A stretch of DNA of 62,934 nucleotides, filler included. It is 7 parts of 7 records of this genome, joined end to end, with 100 filler letters (N's around TTAATTAATTAA, not from the genome) between each part and the next. Parts side by side here need not be neighbours in the genome. Positions count along the whole stretch, not along the records: positions 24,842 to 30,576 come from SRR31156797_30744; positions 30,677 to 37,444 come from SRR31156797_30753; positions 37,545 to 47,621 come from SRR31156797_30780; 4 more parts are not named here. One strand, given 5' to 3'. The stretch's first letter is position 1. Each line of letters opens with the position of its first letter. Both the position numbers and the translations under genes were made by a program. The notes under the pieces are model-generated. The model made no database searches. It was not told the origin of the DNA and worked only from the letters and a program-made list of their open reading frames with translations. This document shows positions 29,824-38,424 of this stretch, one piece after another.

Positions 29824-30051
29824 ATGGATAACAATGATGTTCTTAGAAAAGTAAGATACGCACTTGACCTTAAAGATTCGCTAATGGTCAAGATGTTTAA
29901 AAGTGTTGATATAGAAATGTCTCGAAATGAGCTTTCTGATTATTTTGTTGATGAGGAAGATCCTTTCTTTAAACGCCTCTCAAATGAATACCTTCTGGCT
30001 TTTCTTGATGCCCTTATCATTGAAAAAAGAGGTAAAAAAGATGGCAAGTAA
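29824..30051 (+). CDS. DUF1456 (YehS-like) single-domain protein, N-half
   Basis: MDNNDVLRKVRYAL...FLDALIIEKRG. Confidence 0.8.
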   Translation: MDNNDVLRKVRYALDLKDSLMVKMFKSVDIEMSRNELSDYFVDEEDPFFKRLSNEYLLAFLDALIIEKRGKKDGK

Positions 30052-30256
30052 TAATGTAGTTCTAAAAAAGCTGAGAATCGCTCTGAATTTAAAAGAAGAA
30101 GATCTGCTTGAGATATTTGAACTTGCTGACTTTGAAATGACAAAACCTCAAATCACCGCCATGTTCAGGAAAAAAGGTCACAAACATTATAAAGAGTGCC
30201 AGGATCAGATGATGAAAAAGTTTCTTATTGGTCTGGCTATTAAGATGAGATCCTGA
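30041..30256 (+). CDS. DUF1456 (YehS-like) single-domain protein, C-half
   Basis: NNVVLKKLRIALNL...FRKKGHKHYKEC.DQ..KKFL.GL; AGAGGT SD. Confidence 0.8.
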   Translation: MASNNVVLKKLRIALNLKEEDLLEIFELADFEMTKPQITAMFRKKGHKHYKECQDQMMKKFLIGLAIKMRS

Positions 30257-30385
30257 GTAAGATCAAAGTTGATGAATCCAGCATTTTCTTTTTAAACACT
30301 TTCTAATCACAAAAATAACTTCTCTCTAATATCAACTTAACTTTTATCCCTATCCTTGAATGTGCTTAAACTCTTGGAGGATAAA

Positions 30386-30576
30386 ATGAGAGAAATGTTG
30401 CCGCTGAACTTTTTATTTATTCTTGCTACTATTGCATCAATTCTGTTCTTTTCTTGTGAAAGGCTGGAAGATGATGTCCAGGAATGTACCACAAAACTGG
30501 ACTGCGCATTCGGTGATATCTGCGTAGACGGAGTCTGTGTCGAAGAAGAGGGAGAACAGATAGTTCCTGACAACAA
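30386..30576 (+). CDS. Lipoprotein with a Cys-rich repeat (truncated)
   Basis: GGAGG SD, FFSC lipobox, CTTKLDCAFGDICVDGVC. Confidence 0.65.
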
Positions 30577-30676
30577 NNNNNNNNNNNNNNNNNNNNNNNN
30601 NNNNNNNNNNNNNNNNNNNNTTAATTAATTAANNNNNNNNNNNNNNNNNNNNNNNNNNNNNNNNNNNNNNNNNNNN
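30577..30676. other. Artificial contig spacer
   Basis: N run + TTAATTAATTAA + N run. Confidence 0.99.
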
Positions 30677-30677
30677 T

Positions 30678-30803
30678 GTCCCCGGCAGGCATACATTAAC
30701 CTGGAATATAAACCAGGTAGGCGGGCTGAAACCCGGCATTTATCTCCTGCATTTTGAAGCAGGAGCATACACAAAGGATGTCAAACTCATTTTAATGAAG
30801 TAA
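30678..30803 (+). CDS. C-terminal fragment of a T9SS type-A cargo protein
   Basis: GRHTLTWN...LKPGIYLLHF...KLILMK stop, 3 nt before the next gene. Confidence 0.7.
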   Translation, partial: VPGRHTLTWNINQVGGLKPGIYLLHFEAGAYTKDVKLILMK

Positions 30804-30806
30804 GTT

Positions 30807-33800
30807 ATGAAGAATTTCAGTATTAAATTCAGATACCCGAAAAAGCCCCTGCTCCTTTTGCTCTTTCAATGCGTTGCCCTGTTTGCGATGGCCGGTAATG
30901 TGCTGGTGCTCCACAATACCACCGGCAATGCAGAATCGCAGGTAAGCCTCGGTGTCAGCATTAACAATGATGATCCTTTCGTTGCATTCCAGTTTGAGTT
31001 GCAGCTACCCGATCAGATGAGTTATGTGAATGCCTCCATCATGCTGAACCCCGACCGGATCACGGATCACGACATTATGGCCAGCGACATCGGGAACAAC
31101 AAAATCCTTGTGGTGGCATACTCGCCCAACAACACGCCATTTACCGGAAACTCTGGTTTGGTAGCAAGTATGATGATCGAATTGGGCACGGTACCGGGAA
31201 ACTATTCCCTGACACCGGAAAATGCCATAATCGGGAATGCCTCTTCGCAGAACATCCTGACAGGAGTGGATGCATCCACCATTACCATACAGTGTCCGGA
31301 TATTCATTCAAGTGCCACAAGCCTTGATTTTGGTGAAGTGATTTTGGGACAACACAGTACCCGAAATGTTACACTGTACAATAATGGCAATCAAAATCTG
31401 GATGTTTCTTCCATCACTTTTGATGAGGCTTCCTTTTCGGTAGTGGGCAATACTTCTTTTACAATCTCTGCCGGAAGCCAGCAAAGCCTCAGCCTGCGTT
31501 TTGATGCTACAACGAAGGGCACGTATAACAATGTGATGCAGGTATTCTCAAATGACCCGGATGAAGCGGTTTATGAGCTTGATGTAAGTGCCTATGCCTA
31601 TGCCGTTAACGAAATGCACACCGGCGATATGTTTGGATATTCCGGCAATGACACCGTATTGATGTTCACCATCAATAATATGGAACCATTTATTGGCTTT
31701 CAGTTCGATCTGACCCTGCCTTCTCCTTTAGCATATATCAATGGTTCTGTGGAGCTTACGGAACGGGCAGGTGATCATTTTGCAGATGCCAACATGGTTT
31801 CGTCATCCGTTTTGCGGGTAGTAGCACTATCGCCAAGCAACCAGAGCTTTTCCGGCAACGACGGAGAAATAATCAGCCTGGATTTTGAAGTGGACGGTAC
31901 CGGCGGATATTACAACCTCAACATCTCCAATGTGATTATTGCAGATGCCACACAAGGTAATATCATTTCGGATTTTAGTCATGGACAGCTTGAAGTAGCA
32001 GCTCCGGATATTCACTGCAATAGCAGTGTTAATTTTGGTGATGTGGCCATCAACGCCACCGGAGAAGCAACCCTAAGTATTTATAACTACGGTTCGGATA
32101 CCCTGAAAATGACCGGGCTTAATTTTCTGAATGAGGCTTTCTCAACAGATTTACCCATACCTGTTAACACTTTGGTGAATCAACACACAGATATGGACCT
32201 TGAATTTCAGCCAGTGATTGAAGGGGCGGTTTCCTCACAGTTACAAATCCTCAGCAACGACCCGGATGAATATCCAAAGGTGATAAACCTTTCGGCCAAT
32301 GTATTTATGCCCAATTACCTTTCAGTTGCTGATGCATTTGCTGAAATCTCCGACACGGTTTCAGTTTTAATTGAAGCTGATAATTATGAAGAATTTGTTG
32401 GCTTTCAGTTGAACCTGGATTACCCATCGTATATGACCTGCTTAACAGATTCCACCTCACTCACTGATCGGGCGCAGGATCATTCGGTGTTTTGCAGCAC
32501 TTCGGGAACAAATCAGGTATTGGTTTTTGCGTACTCAGGTCAGCAATTGCCTTTCCAGGGAAATTCGGGAGCAATAGCTGAATTACGCTTCGCTGTTGAA
32601 GATTCTCAGCCCGGTACTGATAACCTCACTTTATCCAATGTGATTATGGGTGATGCAAACTCCGAAAACATTTTGTACGAGTCAAACAACGGGCAAATCA
32701 CCACCTATCCAAACATGAGCGTGGAAGTATATGCAGATGAAACAGATGTTTGTGCCGGGTCAGGTATTCAGTTAAGTGCAGTACCATCTGGTGGGAGCAA
32801 TTCCTGGGCGTATTCATGGTCTTCCAACCCTGAGGGATTTAACTCATCAGTTGCTAACCCAACTGCTACACCTGCCGAAACCACAACATACACGGTGGAA
32901 ATTACAGATCAGCTCACAGGTAACACCATAAGGGAAAGCATTGAAATAACCGTTCAGCCTTTACCAACTGTAGATGCCGGTGAAAATGCCATCATCTATC
33001 CAGGGCAAAGCTACCAGTTGTCAGGATCAGCAGGCCATATGTCAACCGTCCTGTGGTCAACTGCCGGGGACGGCACTTTTGAAAATGCCAATACGGTTGA
33101 TGCTACTTATCATCCGGGTGATGACGACGAAATCAATGGTTCAGTAGCCCTGACCCTGCTTGCCAATCCGGTAGAACCATGCAACAATTCAGATGATGAC
33201 GTTATCACACTTACTATTGATGCCTTTCCCACCATCAATGCCACTGTTTTTCTTGAAGGGCCGTTTGAAACCACCGAAATGAATACGGCATTAAATCAGG
33301 GGGGCTATATTCCATTATCACAACCATTTAATGATTCGCCCTGGAATTACAACGGGCAGGAAAGTGTAGCAGTTGTACCCAACACCGATATTGTGGATTG
33401 GGTGCTTCTTGAAGTAAGGGCCACGGATGGTGATGCTTCCACAGCAACTTCTGACAAGATCATCTGGCAGGAAGCCGGATTCCTGATGAAAAATGGCCGC
33501 ATCCGAACCACAGATGGCATAGCTGATCCGCGGTTGGATTCTTTGCCCGATAAAAACCTGTACCTGGTTATTCATCATCGAAACCACCTTGCCATCATGT
33601 CAAGCCAGCCATTGGTGCTTGGCGAAGATAGTTTCACGTATGATTTTACCACCGCGTTTCAAAAATTCTATGGCGGAATAAATGGCTGCCGGGAACTGGC
33701 TCCGGGAATTTATGGTATGATAGCTGGTGATGCTGATGCCAACGGGCAAGTTCAAAACCAGGATAAAAATGAGGTTTGGAAAAATCAATTTGGTCTTAGC

Positions 33801-33905
33801 GGTTACAGAGCCGCAGATTTGGATTTGAATGGACAAGTGCAAAATCAGGACAAAAATGAAATATGGTATAACAACTTTGGATTCGGTTCACAAATTCAAA
33901 ATTAA
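30807..33905 (+). CDS. Secreted scaffold-like protein: 3 cohesin-like domains alternating with 2 ASH/choice-of-anchor-D Ig domains, further Ig-like domains, VFLEG domain and a C-terminal dockerin-like duplicated Ca-loop
   Basis: Signal peptide; three repeats of F-x-[AG]-FQ...F-x-G-N-x-G...N-x-I; two SNDPDE Ig repeats; DADANGQVQNQD and DLDLNGQVQNQD. Confidence 0.75.
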   Translation: MKNFSIKFRYPKKPLLLLLFQCVALFAMAGNVLVLHNTTGNAESQVSLGVSINNDDPFVAFQFELQLPDQMSYVNASIMLNPDRITDHDIMASDIGNNKILVVAYSPNNTPFTGNSGLVASMMIELGTVPGNYSLTPENAIIGNASSQNILTGVDASTITIQCPDIHSSATSLDFGEVILGQHSTRNVTLYNNGNQNLDVSSITFDEASFSVVGNTSFTISAGSQQSLSLRFDATTKGTYNNVMQVFSNDPDEAVYELDVSAYAYAVNEMHTGDMFGYSGNDTVLMFTINNMEPFIGFQFDLTLPSPLAYINGSVELTERAGDHFADANMVSSSVLRVVALSPSNQSFSGNDGEIISLDFEVDGTGGYYNLNISNVIIADATQGNIISDFSHGQLEVAAPDIHCNSSVNFGDVAINATGEATLSIYNYGSDTLKMTGLNFLNEAFSTDLPIPVNTLVNQHTDMDLEFQPVIEGAVSSQLQILSNDPDEYPKVINLSANVFMPNYLSVADAFAEISDTVSVLIEADNYEEFVGFQLNLDYPSYMTCLTDSTSLTDRAQDHSVFCSTSGTNQVLVFAYSGQQLPFQGNSGAIAELRFAVEDSQPGTDNLTLSNVIMGDANSENILYESNNGQITTYPNMSVEVYADETDVCAGSGIQLSAVPSGGSNSWAYSWSSNPEGFNSSVANPTATPAETTTYTVEITDQLTGNTIRESIEITVQPLPTVDAGENAIIYPGQSYQLSGSAGHMSTVLWSTAGDGTFENANTVDATYHPGDDDEINGSVALTLLANPVEPCNNSDDDVITLTIDAFPTINATVFLEGPFETTEMNTALNQGGYIPLSQPFNDSPWNYNGQESVAVVPNTDIVDWVLLEVRATDGDASTATSDKIIWQEAGFLMKNGRIRTTDGIADPRLDSLPDKNLYLVIHHRNHLAIMSSQPLVLGEDSFTYDFTTAFQKFYGGINGCRELAPGIYGMIAGDADANGQVQNQDKNEVWKNQFGLSGYRAADLDLNGQVQNQDKNEIWYNNFGFGSQIQN

Positions 33906-33938
33906 TACACAATGGTAAAAACATTAATTGAGTTAAAT

Positions 33939-36050
33939 ATGAAAAAAACAATTTTTACAATTACAGTACTCATCATTAGCTTGATGGCTTTTGGTCAGGA
34001 ACCTGAAATAACATTCAGATTTTCTAATCCAACGTTAGTTTCAGGTATAAACGATTCCTTACAATTTGATATAGAGGCTAAATGTGATTTGGCAGGAATA
34101 TATCATCGCGACTTACAAATCTATTTTAATTACAATAGCGTAGGGTTTGGAGAAAACATTGTTGGTAACGAAAAAATAAGAGTTCAAAGGCTTGAACTCC
34201 TAACAGAACAATTTTCGGGGGCTGATAAATATGAAATTGTGGGTATGGCTGACAATTCAAATTCCAGATTTGTGATAGGAACCCAATCATTATTTCCGGG
34301 TTTTGATCCACAATCATTCCCAATGTTTTTCACTTTAATCACCACCGATTTTCAAGGATTGTTCAGGATTACAATTGAGATTTCAGATATGGAAGAACTT
34401 GCAGGGATTTCTTTTTACGAGCAAGAAATGAACGCCGGGCAGTATTACCAGGGAGCCGGAGAGGCGCTTAGTTTTAGCATTCCGTCCCTCTATGCCAACA
34501 ACCTCGAAACCCAACCCCTGTGGGAGCCTGCAATAACATCTACCTGGGTTGGAACAAATGGAACCGCCTGGTTTGATGGAGGCAACTGGTCAGATAACAT
34601 TCCCTGGGAATCCACCGATGTCACCATCCCTGATGTAAGCCAGGCAAGTGGAAATTTCCCTTCAGTTTCTGAAAACATCCATGTAAGCAAACTCACTATT
34701 CAACCTGGAGGACAGCTTACCATTTCAGATTCAAAAGGAACGTTTACAGTAAATGGTGATCTGCTTTTACAATCAGATGAAAACAGCACAGCATCGCTGA
34801 TTGAAACTGGAAATTTATCCATATCGGGCTCAACTACAATTCAACAATGGGTTTCTGAAGATGAATGGAATTATATTTCCAGCCCGGTGCAAAATGGCAC
34901 AGCAGCAGTATTTCAGGGTATGTGGCTTAAATATTTTAATGAGCCCACCAACGAATGGACATACATTGACGACCTTGGGCAAGATTTAGAATTCGGTAAA
35001 GGATATGCTACATGGACCACCACAAGCGAAAATATTGAATTTAACGGGCAGTTAAATAATGCGGAACAAAGCCTTGATCTTTCATTTACTGATGATGACC
35101 CCCATGGATTTAATTTGGTTGGCAATCCTTTTCCTTCGGCCATAAACTGGGACAACATTCCATCAGAAAACAAAACCAATCTGGATGGTACAATTTATGT
35201 TTGGAATGGTACAAATTATTTGTATTGGAACGGCAGCCTGGGCAACCTGGGCGATGGAATTATCCCACCCATGCAAAGTTTCTTTGTACATGCAAACGCA
35301 ACTTCCCCATCACTTCTGATCGATAATGCAAGCAGGGTGCATTCGCAGAAACCTTTCTACAAAAGTATGCAGGAAAAAGACGAATTAGAAAACTATCTGG
35401 CATTCACCATTCAGGGCTCTGGTTTTGAAGATATGACTTACATTCACTTTAACCCTGTATCAACTATCGAATTTGATCCTGATTTTGATGCTCACAAACT
35501 ATATGGTATTGAAGAGTCTGTAAATATGTATACGAGTTTCGATGGGATTGATTATGCAATTAATGTTTTGCCGGAAACCAATTCCAGTCTTATCATTCCG
35601 GTGAATATTAAAGTGGGTACCGGAGGAACTTACCAATTTTCAGTTGACGGAATAGATTCATTTGAATACCCCTTACCTGTTATGCTTGAAGATCTAAAAA
35701 CGGGCATGATCCACGACTTATTTACTTCTAATGCATTCAGTGTTGAATTATCTCCCGATGATGATCATCATCGGTTCAATCTTTACTTTACAAATATTCA
35801 ATCAGTAAACTCACATGTTGATGAAATAGGTATTGAAGTTTATGGTAATAATGGAAATGTATATATCAGGCATTTAACGCAAAATAATAGTAAAATTCAT
35901 TGTGAGGTTTACAGCATCCATGGCAATAAAATTTTACAAAAGACATTCACAGGAGAAGCTATAATTCCTATAGATTCCAGATATCCATTTGTCATCGTAA
36001 AATTGACAAATGAAACAGTTACAATTCAAAAGAAAATCAACATCAGATAA
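33939..36050 (+). CDS. Secreted T9SS-type adhesin-like protein
   Basis: Signal peptide; N-terminal beta domain paralogous to 36335; WNYISSPV and FNLVGNPFPSAINW module; degenerate CTD ending KKINIR. Confidence 0.8.
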   Translation: MKKTIFTITVLIISLMAFGQEPEITFRFSNPTLVSGINDSLQFDIEAKCDLAGIYHRDLQIYFNYNSVGFGENIVGNEKIRVQRLELLTEQFSGADKYEIVGMADNSNSRFVIGTQSLFPGFDPQSFPMFFTLITTDFQGLFRITIEISDMEELAGISFYEQEMNAGQYYQGAGEALSFSIPSLYANNLETQPLWEPAITSTWVGTNGTAWFDGGNWSDNIPWESTDVTIPDVSQASGNFPSVSENIHVSKLTIQPGGQLTISDSKGTFTVNGDLLLQSDENSTASLIETGNLSISGSTTIQQWVSEDEWNYISSPVQNGTAAVFQGMWLKYFNEPTNEWTYIDDLGQDLEFGKGYATWTTTSENIEFNGQLNNAEQSLDLSFTDDDPHGFNLVGNPFPSAINWDNIPSENKTNLDGTIYVWNGTNYLYWNGSLGNLGDGIIPPMQSFFVHANATSPSLLIDNASRVHSQKPFYKSMQEKDELENYLAFTIQGSGFEDMTYIHFNPVSTIEFDPDFDAHKLYGIEESVNMYTSFDGIDYAINVLPETNSSLIIPVNIKVGTGGTYQFSVDGIDSFEYPLPVMLEDLKTGMIHDLFTSNAFSVELSPDDDHHRFNLYFTNIQSVNSHVDEIGIEVYGNNGNVYIRHLTQNNSKIHCEVYSIHGNKILQKTFTGEAIIPIDSRYPFVIVKLTNETVTIQKKINIR

Positions 36051-36060
36051 AACTTTAATT

Positions 36061-36282
36061 ATGAAGAAATTATTTTTAGCTACAGCATTGTCAATCGGGC
36101 TAATTTGTGCGCCTCTGGTAAATTCACAAACCAATCCACCTCCGGAACCAGGCGGAAGTCCGGTGGGTAATGAGAATCCTGTGGGCGGAGGCGCTCCATT
36201 AGGGGGGGGGTTAATTACCCTGATCCTTGCTGCATCAGCCTATTCCATTTTCAGACTCCGAAAAAATTCGAGAAATAAATAA
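36061..36282 (+). CDS. 73-aa microprotein with signal peptide and PID-CTERM-like C-terminal sorting signal
   Basis: Signal peptide, Pro/Gly core NPPPEPGGSPVG, then APLGGG + TM helix + RLRKNSRNK basic tail. Confidence 0.75.
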   Translation: MKKLFLATALSIGLICAPLVNSQTNPPPEPGGSPVGNENPVGGGAPLGGGLITLILAASAYSIFRLRKNSRNK

Positions 36283-36334
36283 GTGTAGAAATTATTTAAT
36301 TTTTGCTCCATTGTAAACTTCATAACATTTTAAT

Positions 36335-37444
36335 GTGACCAGGTTATTGCTGTGGATATTTTTTAGCGCCTTGTTTAGCATGGGTTTTACTCAGGAACCT
36401 GTGTTAACATTTCGTTTTTCGAACTACAATTTGACCGGAGATGGATCAGATAGTGTTCAGTTTGATGTAGATGTAAAATGCAGCAATTCTGACACCTATC
36501 ATCTGGATTTGCAGGTATATGTAAACTACAATCCTCAAGCTTTCGGACAAAACCTGATTTCTAATAACAAACTTCGTTTTGAGAGACTGGATTTACTCAA
36601 TAAACAGATTTACGGAGTGAATAAGTACAGCATAGCCGGTGTAAATGACAATACCGGGTCACGGTTTGCAATTGCTACCGAAAGCAACTTCCCTGGTATT
36701 GAGCCTGCAACAAATCCGGAGTTTTTTACTGAGGTCACTCAAACCTTTTCAGGGCTTTTCAGGTTTACCCTACCCGTAACCGACACCAATGAACTTGCGG
36801 GTATTTCCTTTGAGGGTCTGCTGATGAATGGAGGACAGTATTATCAGGGCAGCAATCCGCCCGGACCGGTCGCCTATCAAAACCCGTCCGGCTATGCAAA
36901 TGATTATCTATATTTCTTGCTAAAGCCAATTTCCATTTCTATCCCTTTAGGCTGGTCCGGCATCTCCTCCTACATCGAACCTGTGGATGATAATATCGAA
37001 ACCATCTTCTCAGAAATAGCAGATCAACTGGTGATTTTGCAAAACCAATCCGGGTTCTACTGGCCGGGGCAAAATATCAATACCCTTGGAATCTGGAATA
37101 TGGAATCAGGTTATAGCATCAAAGTTGCAGAGGATGTGACACTTTCGCTTTCCGGCAGCAGATTGGAAAACCAGTCCCTTGCACTGGAGCAAAACTGGAA
37201 CCTGATACCCGTGCTCAGCGAATGTGATGTGGATGTTGTGGAACTCTTTGAGGGCAGTGGACTGTTGATGGCGAAGGAAGTAGCCGGATGGCGCATTTAC
37301 TGGCCGGAGTTTGGTATCAATACCCTACAGGTATTAGAGCCGGGCAAGGCATATTTTGTGCTGATGCAGGGTGAAGATGAAATTGCGTTTCCGGAATGTG
37401 ATGGCGCGTTGAAAAACCTGTCAGGTTTCCAAAACCTGACAGGT
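36335..37444 (+). CDS. Secreted protein: N-domain paralog of 33939 plus GWSGIS module (3' truncated)
   Basis: QEPVLTFRFSN versus QEPEITFRFSN; LGWSGISSY...WNLIPV...GKAY...FPEC. Confidence 0.8.
37416..37444. repeat. REP-like palindrome inside coding sequence
   Basis: ACCTGTCAGGTTT-CCA-AAACCTGACAGGT, perfect 13-bp inverted repeat at the contig end. Confidence 0.8.
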
Positions 37445-37544
37445 NNNNNNNNNNNNNNNNNNNNNNNNNNNNNNNNNNNNNNNNNNNNTTAATTAATTAA
37501 NNNNNNNNNNNNNNNNNNNNNNNNNNNNNNNNNNNNNNNNNNNN
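37445..37544. other. Artificial contig spacer
   Basis: N run + TTAATTAATTAA + N run. Confidence 0.99.
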
Positions 37545-37988
37545 GCGTAACCCAACAATATTATAGCTATTTCTGTCAGCCGCTCCTGTTTGGCGCCCTC
37601 AGAAGTCTCACACCGGCCGAATTCGCACGGTAATTATGTAATAGGACATGTCAAGATTCGCAGCAGGCCGCCTGGCGCTTTACTTGCCAGCCCGCTTTTT
37701 GGCCCGCATTCGCGATTATTGGTCAAATCAGCTAATGGGATTTAAAGTCGTCCTGACCCGCCGTCAAAAATCAACCGCTGCGGGCGCCGCAAAGAAAATT
37801 ATGACATGATATCCAGTCCCTTTCTTAGGTTATTGATGGTCCCAAGAATTGGACGACATCCTATCAATCGGAAGAAATCCTGTTTTTCGGACGTTTTGAA
37901 CTTTTCATTATCTTTATTTTAAAGATGCTCGTTTCCCTTTTTTACTGAATTATTGTGGAAAATTGTTCTTTGTCGCCTAAATGTATTT

Positions 37989-38004
37989 TGGTCGTAATAT
38001 TGCA
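37989..38004 (+). promoter_or_regulatory. Putative sigma54 promoter
   Basis: TGGTCGTAATATTGCA with GG and GC at the correct -24/-12 spacing. Confidence 0.45.
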
Positions 38005-38017
38005 TATAAAAATTACC

Positions 38018-38194
38018 ATGAAACGAGCAATACACATATGGCAATCAAGGCAGGCTGTCGGATATAGTAACATCAGGCAGCTGAAAAAAGCTATGCTGAG
38101 CGGTCTTGTTCTTTCTCCATTCTATTTTTCCATGCCGCTGTCCGATAGAAATGAGCTGTTGAAAAGGCTCTGCACAGTTGCCCGCACGCATTAA
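38018..38194 (+). CDS. Small hypothetical protein (start uncertain, alternative ATG 38093)
   Basis: ORF directly after the sigma54-like motif; amphipathic C-terminal LSPFYFSMPLSDRNELLKRL. Confidence 0.35.
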   Translation: MKRAIHIWQSRQAVGYSNIRQLKKAMLSGLVLSPFYFSMPLSDRNELLKRLCTVARTH

Positions 38195-38424
38195 TCGCCG
38201 CCCTTGTCTAGTATTAAAGTTGCTGACAGCCGGGTAAATGTTTCCGGTTTACGTTAGGGCGGACCATCAGCAATATCCCCGAAAAAATAACCGCATACTG
38301 CATAGTCCGGCAGCGCCTAGGTTTTTGAAATTATTTCATGTCCCGCCCGCGGGCCGTCTTGACTATCTTGGCGCCGGGTGATAGGTTCAAGTTCGAAAAA
38401 ATTAAGAATCAGGGGTTCTCGGGA

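Noticed and set aside
30031-30040. Programmed -1 frameshift at A AAA AAG
   Set aside because: The heptamer is not in the upstream ORF's reading frame, and the downstream ORF is +1, not -1.
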